Assembly: GCF_902459465.1 (NCBI RefSeq)
Contig: NC_047064.1
Coordinates: 20,336,001 to 20,400,000, forward strand
Direction of reading: 5' to 3'
Origin: Asterias rubens
Taxonomy: Eukaryota
Length of the DNA: 64,000 nt
Part shown: positions 36,694 to 48,691 of the stretch, in pieces
Numbering within the stretch: the first letter of the stretch is position 1
Layout of the letters: the number at the start of each line of letters is the position of its first letter
Made by a program: the position numbers and the translations under genes
Notes under the pieces: generated by a model
The model's database searches: none
Told to the model about the DNA's origin: nothing
The model's input: only the letters and a program-made list of their open reading frames with translations

Positions 36694-36993
36694 TAAGTTT
36701 GGGCGATATCAAATTTATTTTATTCACGATATATCGCCGACAATATATCGGGATATTCGATATAATCGCGATTAATGAAATTTGACATCATCAGTTTTCA
36801 AACTCCAAGTGAAAGTTGTAGAAGAGACAGCTTAAGAGAGGTGTTCTAATGACCTATTCTTTTGGTTTTACTCTAAACCTATGGGGTGCAAGATGTCTCA
36901 GCTAGCAAATACATTGCGATATTTAATCGATATTGCGATATATCCAAATTAATATCGCGATATTCGATAATATCGTGATATCGCCCAAGCTTA
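36694..36993. mobile_element. hAT-type MITE
   Basis: TIR TAAGTTTGGGCGATATC / GATATCGCCCAAGCTTA. Perfect 8-bp TSD ATGTGTCT at 36686-36693 and 36994-37001. Confidence 0.9.
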
Positions 36994-37090
36994 ATGTGTC
37001 TTCCTTCTTGTTGTGATGAAAGACTATATGTACAGTTGTACTTATTTACCATGTGACCTATGGCATCAATAACAGAGAGCTTATACATAG

Positions 37091-37280
37091 AGCCCGGTTC
37101 ATACTTCCTGCGAATGCGAACGCGAAGCGAATTTGATGTGAATTTGACGTCACAACCCTCCTTTCGCAGCGATATTCGCAAGTGAGTTGAGCTGAACTCA
37201 ACTCATTGCAAATTTCGTTGCGAATTTGTGACGTCAACATTCGTATCGCATTTGCATTCGCAGGACGTATGAACCGGGCT
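37091..37280. mobile_element. PIF/Harbinger-like palindromic MITE
   Basis: TIR AGCCCGGTTCATAC / GTATGAACCGGGCT with flanks TAG/TTA. Related copies at 17265-17325 (preceded by TAA) and about 48514-48691 (followed by TAA). Confidence 0.8.
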
Positions 37281-37714
37281 TTAGTCTGGACTTTCTGCAG
37301 GCATGACTTGTTTACAGCTCAATATGGAAGAACACATGATTTTATTTTTTATGGAGATTGTTCTGTCTGATTTTTGGTTTGTATAAAACTTGTTCAGCTG
37401 TTACTTTTATAACTCTTTATATGAGGAATTTATGACACAAAATGTGACAGTTTTCCTTATGATCAGTGCAGTATCTTGCCTGCCACAAACACCCTGGAAT
37501 GTACACGGTCACTCATTTTTAACACAGAGGTTCATGATCTATCAAATTGTAGATTAATTTCAGCATTTGCACTCGCCCCGTCCAATATATCTTCGTATAA
37601 CCTCACCACTTTGCAAAAATAGAAAGTTCAGGTGAACTTTATTATTTGGAGAAATCACCGTTCCCCAACAAAGAATCAATCCAGAGCAGATCCCCCAGGT
37701 CTCAACAAACCCTG

Positions 37715-38035
37715 CCCTCTTTTCCCAAGATACCTCAAAGGAAAAAAAAAAAAAACCTGTCTACCCCCCTCAAGAAAGGAAGAAACAAAACTTAGAAAGG
37801 TTAGAAATCTGTGTGAATTTCTTCGTTTTTTTTCTTCTTCTGAGTTTCTGCGTTCCTGTTAGTGATTTTTTTTAAAAGAAAAATCTGTTCCCAAGATATC
37901 AAGGAAGGAATCAATTTACCAGTTGTTCCCTTTCCCTTAAAAAAAAACATTGACTACCCCCTCAAGGAGGAAAGAAACAAAACTTAGAGAGGTAAGAGAT
38001 CTGTGTGAGTTTCTGCGTACCTGTTAGTGATTTTT
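37715..38035. repeat. Local direct duplication, period about 190 bp
   Basis: ctacccc..caag..ggaa.gaaacaaaacttaga.agg.tagaaatctgtgtga...tgttagtgattttt occurs twice. Confidence 0.75.
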
Positions 38036-38661
38036 TCGCCTTGATCCCTCGATGCGTCTCTCTGAGAATAGCTCAGGTCTGTGTACTCAACCCGGATATT
38101 TCATATCGTGTCTGTCCGTGATCTGTTGTAATCTTGTTGGAACAAGAACAGCTGCTTAGATGAATGAACGTTGTAAATCGCTGCTGCGGTATAATCAAGC
38201 ATTGTGCGGCACGGACAGCTCACCGGGGCAAGGACAGTGGAAATATGAAAAGGAAAAACGCTGTGGTTTTCCTTAAAATAGACTTTTTACCACGTGTGGC
38301 AGCCAATTTTCTCATACATGTTTTTCTATATCGGACATGAGCCCCTGTAATAAAATGACAACAACAACCTCCCGAGTCAAAGATTTGGAATAGTGAAATC
38401 TGGGATTGATATTTTCCTTCCAATGTAATTTGGTAAACTAAACTGAATACTTCTGAATTCATCGCAAAAGATTTTCTCAGTGTTACCATGAATTGATTTG
38501 TATTGTGACATCACACTTTACTTTTAGCAACTACGATTGCAATTAATAAGATCAATCTTAGCTCTTTGTGAAATTGGCCCAGGTTGATTTGTGTCTTCCA
38601 GCAATCAAAATATTCTTCATATATATCCAAATCCTTATCTGGTTTGCCGGAGCTAAAAATA

Positions 38662-38898
38662 TTAAAGTCGTTGCCTTGGATCGGACGAGCGAGTTGGTCT
38701 ATAAAAAGCGTTTGTAAACCGTTTGTTATAAAATGCATATGGATAGAAAGATGTTGTTAAAGTAGAATACAATGATCCACACAAACATGCCTCGAAATTG
38801 CACGGTTTTCCTTTTACCTCGTCGACTAACATAACAAACGGTTTACAAACGCTTTTTATAGACCAACTTGTCTGATCCAAGGCAACGAGTTCCTTTAA
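38662..38898. mobile_element. TTAA MITE family B, internally deleted
   Basis: Same TIRs as 55708. The sequence jumps from gtcgactaac to ataacaaacgg, removing the central hairpin. Confidence 0.85.
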
Positions 38899-39950
38899 CA
38901 TTCAGTTCTTTTACAGTTTTACCTTTCAAAACTCTCTTACTGTTTAAGCACTTACTTTGGAATAAGGTCTCTGATTTTCATTGTTACTTTTTATGGAAAG
39001 CTAGATGTCGTTGTTCATTAGTTACTTTACATTTCCCCCTCCTTGCATGTGGATTACAAACCAGGCTTGATGTCAGCTTCAGTTATCGAAGAGGGTGCCT
39101 GGAAGTGACTGAATGATAATCACACCCCGAAAAAAATCAGGGGACCAGGGAGTTGTAAAGTAATCACTGTATTGCTGATTAGTTTACCATGTTTACCGTA
39201 GAAAGGGAAATATTAGTTCCCAGATTTCACTCTTCCGAAGCTTGGACTCTTCGAGGTTGTTCTGGGCCATTAATGGTTACCCTTTGACCTTTCCTTCCCC
39301 CTTCCCCATCCACCCCTCAGCTCGATTAACCTTTCACAACTGGATGTTATCTGGCCTCTGAGTCTAGAGATGTGTATTTTGGGATATGGTGATTTGCGAC
39401 GAGATTATGTTAATTGCTTGTAAATGGGAGTGATGGAGCTACATTGTTGGGTGCAGCAGACCGTGGTTCGGCTTTAATGATGTATGCATGTCGTTAGGTT
39501 ATAATTGTAAGGATTCCCAAAGGAATGGACTTGAGCAAATCACAGAGTGATGATGAGTTACAACTATACAGTACTTTTATGAACATGTTGAACGACATTG
39601 GTTCTTAGAATTGTCTTGTTGTTTGTTGGTTCATTATGATGTTTGATTTTGATTCCAGTTTGTGCAATCATCATCTTGTTGTGTTTCACTCTTTCTCTCC
39701 AATCATTCAATCCAATGTGGGCGAACCAACCCAAAACAGAGGGCGCTATTACACACACACATCGCTCTCACACCCAAGCCGCTATGAAATAAAGAACGCA
39801 TTGAGCGTCTTGAAACAAGACTAGGGCACCTTCTGAGGAGAAGAAATCATCCTGAAACCTATACCAGTCTGAAACACTCGCCATTTGCAAAACAAATTGC
39901 ACACACAAAGACTAAGGTAGGCTTGTAAAATGTGCAATACAAAATTGAAC

Positions 39951-40290
39951 ACATAATATAATTTAATAATATAATTTGGAGGGCTAATCATCCTTACTCG
40001 CAGCTAAGAGCTGAATTGCGAAGGACGCGGCTACAACGTGTTCGAGAAGCAGGCATGCAAGGGCACCTCTGGCTGCCAGCCACATCAACCCATTATGAAT
40101 ACGGAGCACAGCCAAGATCGAAAGTGTTTGATTTTTCGAACCGGAAACCAATGGTCTGGAAAACCCTCGTGGCACAGCAGAGAACCAACGCACAACTCAA
40201 CTCACATATAGCCCTGGCCGGGAATCGAACCGGGGTCACCTTGGTGAGAGGCGAGCGCTTTACGCACAAGCCAACCATGCCAACCATGCC
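39951..40290 (-). mobile_element. tRNA-Glu-like SINE, near full length
   Basis: Minus-strand head GGTTGGCTTGTGCGTAAAGCGCTCGCCTCTCACCAAGGTGACCCCGGTTCGATTCCC and an (ATT)-type tail. Its 3' half is repeated at 27352-27527. Confidence 0.8.
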
Positions 40291-41294
40291 ATAAGAGCAT
40301 TGACTCCCAAAATAGCACTACAAAGTTGTTTTTTTGAGGATGATGTCAGCTAAATTGGATCAAATTGGACAATATAATTAGGTGAAATCAAAGCATAAAT
40401 CATGTGTCCCAATGACTGGGCCTGAACTATTTCATATGCTGCATCCCACTTCAATTATATATCGGGCGTCTTCAACCAATGGTGTTGCTGCAACTATACA
40501 AAATGCAAGCATGATGCAGTTAAAACCTGCTTCGTGTATGTGAGCTTAAATGCGTCCATGATACTGGCTGAAGACACTGGTTCAGGGCATGATGAAAACA
40601 ATCGGAAACAGATTGGTCTATAGGGAGACAGACCTACATGTAGCGAGCTGAACTTCATTTCGGAAAAGCTCCTGAACAGTAATTTGGACACACATTTTGC
40701 TAAGGGCAGATAATGTTGGCTTAAAAAATAGATGTTATGACTTCTTAGAGTTGTCCTCTTTGATCTAGGTACAGAATCAACATGTAATCTCTTGGGTTTA
40801 AAGGGCTTTAACTTTGGGTCGAACAAAAACAAATTCTATAGGGGGGGGGCCTTAAGAATTTGAAACTGCGGCAATCCTGAGGTCGCAGGTGTAAGTTTTG
40901 CTCCAGTAAATTTTTCTTTGCTAGTAGCAAAATTATTACCAAGTCAGTTTCCCCTGCGGTTTAAACTATGCTGAGCAATAATTGTTTAAGGAACCAGTAA
41001 ATATGGACTCAAAAATATACAAAACATTTTTAGGGTTGGAGGTGGGGGGGGGGAGTTGTTTGTTCATAGCAGTTTCTTTCTCTCTCCTTATTGGCTTTGT
41101 GGGCGCCTTGTACTTAATAAAATAGTTACTCTACTCTAACCATGGACTCTAACAAATCTGTCCACACAACTCTCACACTGGAAAGTTTATTTAGACGTAA
41201 CTAATTGGATCTAGGAGTTTAAAGGCTGAGAGTAAGCTGAGACAGCAAGCTGACTGAGCTTGTTGGGATTGGAGGGGGGGGGGGGGGGGTAGGG

Positions 41295-41823
41295 TTAAAG
41301 GCACTGGACACCTTCGGTAATTACCCCCCAAAATTTTTTAGAAATGTTTTTTACTTGATACCGAGCAATGGGGAGAGGTTGATGGTATAACACATTGTGA
41401 GAAACGGCTCCCTCTGAAGTAATGTAGTTTTTGAGAAAGGGGTAATTTCTCACTCCAGTCAAATAATAAAAGACTTCAGATGAAGTATTTTATTATGTGT
41501 CTGAAAGCACACAAAGTCATGCAGCTAGGGTGTTTTTTGCCCTAATTTTTCTCTTCTAACTTCGATGACCAATTGAGCCCAAATTGTGTTTGTTGTTTAT
41601 GCATATGTTTACAAATTGGGAATACTAGTTTTGGGGAATTACCAAACGTGTCCTGGGGCGATTTTACAAAGAGTTCGGACTCAGTCCTAACTTGGGACTA
41701 GTTCTAGGGGATATAGAAAACATGTGGCTAGTCCTAAGTTGGGATGAGTAACTCGAGTAACTCGTCCTAACTCAAGATAAGTCTAGTCTTAACTTTTTGT
41801 GAAATCCACCCCAGTACCTTTAA
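41295..41823. mobile_element. Kolobok/T2-like MITE family A, interrupted in its right TIR by another MITE
   Basis: Starts TTAA-AGGCACTGGACAC. The right TIR is split as ...aattaccaaacgtgtcc [41655-41812 insert] agtacct-TTAA. Confidence 0.8.
41655..41812. mobile_element. Palindromic MITE (GGGGCGATTTTACAAAGAGTT...GTGAAATCCACCCC)
   Basis: Imperfect TIRs of about 20 bp and internal gtcctaac/gttaggac inverted motifs. A related copy lies at about 15031-15201. Confidence 0.75.
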
Positions 41824-42611
41824 AGGGAGACATAAGCTCCATCACACTTACTTGTGTCCACTAGTTATATATATTCACTGTCCAAGCCATGGGTCATTTA
41901 GAATGATGGATTCCAGGGGACTGTGGCTAAATTGCACTTCAAGTTCATCATAAAAAAAAGGAACGATATAGCGGGATTTGTGGTCATTACTTTCCTCTTA
42001 AGATTTATTGAGATGGTTGTGACCTCTAAATGCCTGAGGGTAACTTGACAGAGTGGAGCCTTTGATATGAGCATTATATGTGTATGCTTTATGATGGATG
42101 GATCGCATTCAGACGCACTTAAAGAAAAATTACTATGCTCATATTTGGAGTAAATCCAGCAACCAAAAAGCAATTATTGGTTTTTTGGGGGTGCTGAGTT
42201 TAGGATTGATATCAGTAATGTATTCCGTTGGCATAATTTGAATCCAATTCCTTGACAATTAAGAGACATGTTTTGAATTTCCATTAGTGATAACTGAATG
42301 TCAACTATCTCTTGTTACATAAAATAAAATGATATCAATCAAAACAGTCACTGCTCATAGCGCCATAGATGATGTTAACTGAACGATGATGATTTGTACA
42401 CAAATAGTGTGGTTGGTGTCAAATTCTAGGATAACATCAGAAATAGAGAAATAAAGTGAAATTCATTAGGTTTGTACCAATATTTTTGGGGGGCGATTGC
42501 TTAATGTTTCACCAATTATAATGGTTATGATGTAATGGTCAAATTTACCTCTTATACATAGCTAAAAATGAATTAGTTGGTAGGCCTATGTCTAGCTACA
42601 TGTAACAGTTT

Positions 42612-43132
42612 CTGCTCCCTTTGGAGTAATTGAAATTGCATTGAGGCTGGAGTGCAAGTGGTCAATTTGACTACACAATGTCTGTACATGGGGTGTAATA
42701 CAACTAACATTATGTGATGTGAACAAGTGTAGATTTGAATACTTAGCATCAAACTAAGCTATAGTTAGTACAGTATGTAGTCTAAACTAAAGGTTTCCGC
42801 TCCCTCTTGATTAATCAAAATTGCATTGAGGCTGTCAATTTGTCAACACATTGTCTATACACGGGGTATAGTACATTTAACAGAAGATACGTTGAGATTA
42901 TGTGATCAAATGTAGATTTGAGTTTGCATAAAACCAAGCTGTAGTACAGTATGTAGTCCAAACTAAAGGTTCATGCGCCCTCTTGATTAACCAAAATTGC
43001 ATTGAGGCTGCAGTGGTCAATTTGTCCACATAATTATTGTCTGTACATGGCATACATGGGGGTACTAATAGAACATACGTTGAATTTATGTGAACAAATG
43101 TAGATTTGAATACTTAGCATAAAACCAAGCTG
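42612..43132. repeat. Degenerate tandem repeat, about 176-185 bp x about 2.9
   Basis: AAATTGCATTGAGGCTG recurs at about 42633, 42818 and 42994, with collinear downstream homology. Confidence 0.85.
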
Positions 43133-43543
43133 TCTTTAAGGGATGATATTACGTCGTCTCTCCACCTTATGGACAAGAGTCTCGCTCCGGCACTTGTGAC
43201 CAAAAAGCCCCTGCCGCCTAGAGATAAGACAGATGACATGGAATGCTAAATGGATTATTTCCATTTCAAATGGCAAAAACATGAATTTGTTTAAAGAGTC
43301 TACGGAGCGAGATGAGACTGTTGTGGATGCAGGCTTTAGGACGGAGTTGAGAGAGGGGAAGGAGGGTGGTATCTCCAGGGGGGTAACCGCTAACCGAAGA
43401 TGGTCTCAGATTACATCACTTGAATGGTTTGGTTAATTGGTGGGGTGGGGTCATCACAGCAATTATTACTGTCCTCGTATATCATGTGGAGGGTAAACTG
43501 CCTCGTCGTACAAGATGGTCTGCAACTAATAAGGAGCACTGTT

Positions 43544-43943
43544 TTAAAAACACTGGATATTAATTGGTAATTACTCAAAATAATTGTTAGCATAAAAAAT
43601 TACTTGGTATTGAGCAATGGAGAGCTGTCAACAGTGTAGTAGAGTTACCAGTGTGAGAAACCGCTCCATCTTAAGTAATGTTAGTTTTTGAGAAAGAAAT
43701 AATTTCTCACGAAAATATTTGAATTGATTTCGAGACCTCAGCTGAGGTCTCGAATTAGAGCAGCTGAAAGAAAAAAACTTGTGCGACGAAGGTTTTTTTT
43801 TTTCCATTTTTGTTCTCTCGCAACTTTGATGACCAATTGAGTTCAAATTTTCACAGGTTTGTTATTTTTATGCTTATGTTGAGATACACCAAGTGAGAAG
43901 ACTGGTCTTTGACAATTACCATCAGTGTGTCCAGTGTCTTTAA
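43544..43943. mobile_element. Kolobok/T2-like MITE family A
   Basis: TTAA flanks and degenerate TIRs. Perfect 26-bp central palindrome TTCGAGACCTCAGCTGAGGTCTCGAA at 43729-43754. Confidence 0.85.
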
Positions 43944-44160
43944 GGATTAATGATGAGGGAAGATGGACCTTTGTCTTGTTTGTATAGAGGTGTGATTTGA
44001 AGACGATTAATTATAAGACATTGAAATGATGGACCCTGGGGGGCCACGTGAACTTGATACACTCTTAATTAAGGCTTGGTCTTGTGAACTGCTCTTAGAT
44101 GTTTCTTGAAAAATTCTGTCTCAACTATTCCTACTGCTTTATAATGATTGTGGAAGTGTC

Positions 44161-44885
44161 TTGGTTCTTGGCCGAGCGGTTAAGAGCACCGAATTCAAAC
44201 TCTGGTGTTTCTGATCAGCAGAGTGTGGGTTCGAATCCCCAGCCGTGACACTTGTGTCCTTAAGCAAGACACTTAACCATTGCTTCGTCCTTCGGATGGG
44301 ACATTAAGCCGTTGGTCCCATGTGTTATGTAACGCATGTAAAAGAACCCAGTGCACTTTATCAAAAAGAGAAGGGTTTCCCCCCGGTGTTCCTGGTCCGA
44401 TCGACAGCAAATGCCCCTTATTTTTGACCGCGCGGGGGCGCTATAAATAGTATTTTGATCACTTCCAGGGGTACACGCGATTCGCCCTGCACAAATTAAT
44501 AGGCGTTCTGTCACTTTTGTTGCGCCGTAGTTTCAATTTGCTTTAGAGGTGGATTATAACGGCTCCTTTTAAAGTCTTATTGTCTGTGATGGATTAGATG
44601 TCTGTGGTTATAATGTGTTCCAATCTTTAAAAACTGTTTTGCGTATGAATGAATATACCCCCGGAAGTGATTGAGAGCGCCCTCACGCGGTCAAAAATAT
44701 GGCCCATTGCACCACAGCATCTTGTAAAGCATTACATGGTGCTATCAGAATTAGGTCTCATAATTCAAACGTAGTCCCACAATCTGGCAGGAAATACTGT
44801 ATGTTACAGTGCCAGGAGCGTCACTGAGTGAAGGACATGTGCGCTTTATAAGAAGCCACAATTATTATTATTTATTATTGTTGAT
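44161..44885 (+). mobile_element. tRNA-headed SINE with Deu-domain-like core and (TAT)n tail, split by a MITE
   Basis: A box TGGCCGAGCGG and B box GGTTCGAATCC. The core tcggatgggacattaagccg..ggtcc...gtaaaagaacccagtgcact...cccggtgttcctgg resembles the recalled AmnSINE1/DeuSINE domain. The 3' end reads gcgctttataagaagccacaattattattat. Confidence 0.7.
44405..44712. mobile_element. MITE-like inverted-repeat element inserted in a SINE
   Basis: Arms TATTTTTGACCGCG..GGGCGCT..CACTTCC.GGGGTA are inverted at about 44420-44475 and 44656-44700. No TSD could be resolved. Confidence 0.65.
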
Positions 44886-46296
44886 TATAAAATTCTCATT
44901 CAAATTCAAACATTTTGGTGTGCACATTTGATGAGATCTTGTTAAAAATATCTATAGATTATACTTAAATTGCAAAAGGTTGCAAATGGCTTGCATATAT
45001 TTATTTTATCTTATCTTGTTTCCGATAAAGTTGTTGGGCTGTTTCTTTTTACCCATTTTAATAAAAAACTTGATCTTTATTTACTCAATTGTCAAAGATT
45101 AAATCTCCGTTGAAGTTCTTTGGGTAAATTTTCCGAGTCGCCCATGTTGTAAGAGCTTGTTATATCGCAGTACCAGGATATGCGCCCAGCGTGAAGCGTG
45201 TTTCTGGTGTAACTCTACACCGGTTTGTTTTCTTGTAAGACATACCATGACTCATGAATCTCAGCAGGGGTAGGATCAAATATCTTCAAACTGTCAAACT
45301 GTCATTAACAAAGAAATATACGATAATAAAACTGTTTGCCTTTATTAGAATCTTTTGAACACTTTTTTATACCTTTTTCAAATCGTCTAGTCAGAAAAAC
45401 TAAATAAAACACTAACACATTCCTCGTGTCTTTGAAGTTCAGGTCCAAACATTTAGTTTTCTAATGGCATTTCAGATGGAAACATATACATTAGTGTGTA
45501 AGCCTGTAATTTTGTATTTCATTTTTTTTTTTTTTTTTTTTTTCCCATTGAAATAAATGTCAACAACGAAATAAAACCAACACTATACATGCTAGAAAGC
45601 CAAAATAGTTGGTAAAACAGGGAACAAGAATACATGTATGTGGCAGAATGAAAGAGGACCCACCACATCTCTTTGTTTAATTAGTGAACATAATAATGTC
45701 TCTTGACAACTCTCAATGTTCGTGTGCAGACTGCCATCGCTATCCCGGGCCTGGCTGGCCTCTGTCAACCAAGTACACCATTATTAAAGTGGATAGATTG
45801 GCGTATAAGAAATACTACTGGCACACTTTTATGTTTGCCCGCAATATTTTCCCAGTGTATATTTCCACCTGCCAGTTCCTATCTGAGAGAAATACAGGGT
45901 TATGCCATGCTAGATGGAAGCTAGATGCCCCAGGGCCTTCGTTGCATGATGAAGGTTGACTAGCAAGGTGATGCGGACAATTTGGTCATAAATCAACGGG
46001 GATTTTAATGGGAGGTGTTATAGCGCCCTCTGTTGGTGTTTTTGATTTTGTTGAGTCCTCAATGTGTTATGATCAGGAATTGGGGACTGTATGAACTGGG
46101 CCCAATTTCCATGAAGCCTGTTAGCACAAAAACTTGCTTAGCATGGACAAATATTGCTTAGCAGAAACTGGTTTCCAGAGAAGTTTTCAAATTTTTTGCT
46201 TAGCATAGAAATTTCAGTATTTTCTGCTTAACAGCTTTCTAAAACTTGGGCCAAGGGAATCAACCAGAGACAATGAAACCAACCACAGACAATTAA

Positions 46297-46350
46297 ATAT
46301 TGCCTGGTAATATATTGCCTGGTAATATATTGCCTGGTAATATATTGCCT
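46297..46350. repeat. Perfect 15-bp minisatellite (ATATTGCCTGGTAAT) x3.6
   Basis: Read directly from the sequence. Confidence 0.95.
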
Positions 46351-48513
46351 ACAAAGCAAGTCTTTTATCTTCTGAAACTAGAGCGCTAAATTATTGAAAT
46401 CCAATTCAGAAACTTAAAAAACCAGACGTATAAATCATATAAAACCTACCCCCACTGGTGGATAGGGTTGCTTGGGGCATACGTGTCTCTTGGATGAGGT
46501 CTTGGGGTGGAGTAAGCCTGTCTACCTACTGTTTATATTATCATTTTTTTTTTATGTGTAAAAACAGTAGGGGGTGGATGGGACCCATACTTGAAGGGTC
46601 TCGCTTGGTTCCAAGTCATCAATCGTGGCTTTTTAGTCGTCGGGATAGCCGCTGCAAACAGCGCCCTCTTGCGATCTTTCTTGGTCATTTATATTGCGAG
46701 TTAGGGCGCGTGATAGCTAATAATGTGGGGGCGTTTTCGTGGCTGAGATGCAGAAGAATAACCCCGATCTAAGACTTGAATCAAGTCTAGTAATTACTCT
46801 GAAAATTAATGGCAGTAAAAACTTGTGGTAAGAAGTACATCAGCTTTGGAGATAGCAAAATGCATTTTGAGAAACATTTTTAAAGGTTTTGGCAGGAAAG
46901 GCCTGGTTTCAGCATGGTTGGATTGGAGCATCGCTATGTTCAATTTGCTCTAGAATTGCAAGGGTCGTGGGTTCGAATCCCACCCGAGTAACATGCCTGT
47001 GATATTTGTTTTCACAGGACTAGTGAAAGTACTGAGTATACAGTGCTAACACACATCGGTGTATGGGTAAAAACCAAAATTCATTTTCTTTATCCCCGAT
47101 GCAAATTTAACATCTCTGTTATGTTCAATTCTGATCACCCAACACCAATTAGAATATAACAAGAACATTTTTTTGTCTGCAATTCTTCTATTTAAAAAAA
47201 AAAAAAAAAAATGGCCAGACGTTTTGACTCTAGCAGAGGCTCTATTTTGTACTTTTTTTCCCCCATACACATAATGCTGTGAATACTAAAAAGTCACTTG
47301 GCCAATTTCCTATTCACATTTCTCCAACATTTTTCACACCCTACATACTAAGACTTGTGTTAATTACTTCCTTTTTGATTGAACTATGTGTTACAAAAAT
47401 ATGGCGTGTTGCGAACGTGACAGAGAGCTTAAAAGGGGGAGGAGAACTAATAAAGCGTGGAGCCCGTTTAATTGTCGCCACTTACCTGTTAATTGAAAGC
47501 AACCACTGGCACCACTGGAGGATTTCTCTGTGTGGATATTACAATCTTGTGATGAATTAAAGAGGAGACTTTATTAAGGATTTTATGTAGTACCCAAGGT
47601 GGTAGTTTCTGAAATAACTAATAAAATTGTTACTGTCCCTGACAACTTTAGATTAACTGATCAAAGGCATTAAAGGGGTTTTATGCTTTTGGTTACGTGT
47701 AATTGGTAGAGTTTAAAACGAGAATTTATACAAGAAATGTTAAACATTTTTGTTTAACAATTTGTAATAAAAAATGTACTGTAGTGTTTGAGAAACGAGT
47801 AAAACAATTTCATGCAAATCATTTTTGTATCAGTGAGACAAAAAGTATTTTAAAGTATTTTAACATGTACAGGGGATTTATGCGACTCTCCTGAAATCAT
47901 TGTTTGTGATTTTCACTTTTTTTTCTAAAAAAATTTATATCTAATGAGGCTGAAATGTTTACAGGTAATCTATATTATTTCTATCTTCATTCATCGTAAG
48001 TAGGGATTAATGTCACGGCCAATAACTTGATCTACAAAAGGTATCAAAATCCTTTAAGAAATATACACGTATTGGTTTGCTTTTCTTATAATAACTATAA
48101 AGAAACTGTTTGTCTGGTGTTAACTGGAGTTCTGGTTGATAGAGGTTGCTCCTGTCTCCACGTAAAGTGCATTATCCACATCCACAAATTAGGCCTATTA
48201 ATTGCGTGCTGGTTAATTTAAAAGGGAACCCAGACACCATTTTTTATAACCAACCTATACACTGCCAATGATCAGCGGGACCATGTAATTGCAAAAAAAT
48301 CAAATTGCTCTCGGGGGCTTCATTTGAGAGAGGCGCCCCTTGATGATTTATAGCGAAGAGGGAAGACTTGGTAGACCGAGACGGACAGGGTGGTTGTAAT
48401 GAATCCTTCGTGGGTATCGCCTTCGCATCAAATCATCCCGGCAAAATGAAAATCTCAGAGATGTCTAAATGTTATGTAGGCATCAATGCAATGCTAATGT
48501 GGATGACGTGTTA

Positions 48514-48691
48514 TACCGGGTTCATACTTCCTGCGAATGCAAAGCAAAATGTGACGTCACATGGCTGCTGTTTTCGCAGCGAATGTTTCACTGTAGTTGA
48601 ACACAGTTCGACTGTTGCGAATTATTTGTTGCAAATTTGTGACGTGAACATTTTTATAGCATTTTCAATCACAGAAAGTACGGACAGGGCT
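48514..48691. mobile_element. Diverged copy of the Harbinger-like MITE at 37091
   Basis: ccgggttcatacttcctgcgaatgc left end, with an interior homologous to 37091. Confidence 0.7.

Noticed and set aside
45732-45800. TAIAIPGLAGLCQPSTPLLK as the missing short ENTREP exon
   Set aside because: It has no good donor and weak similarity; 5609-5665 fits far better.
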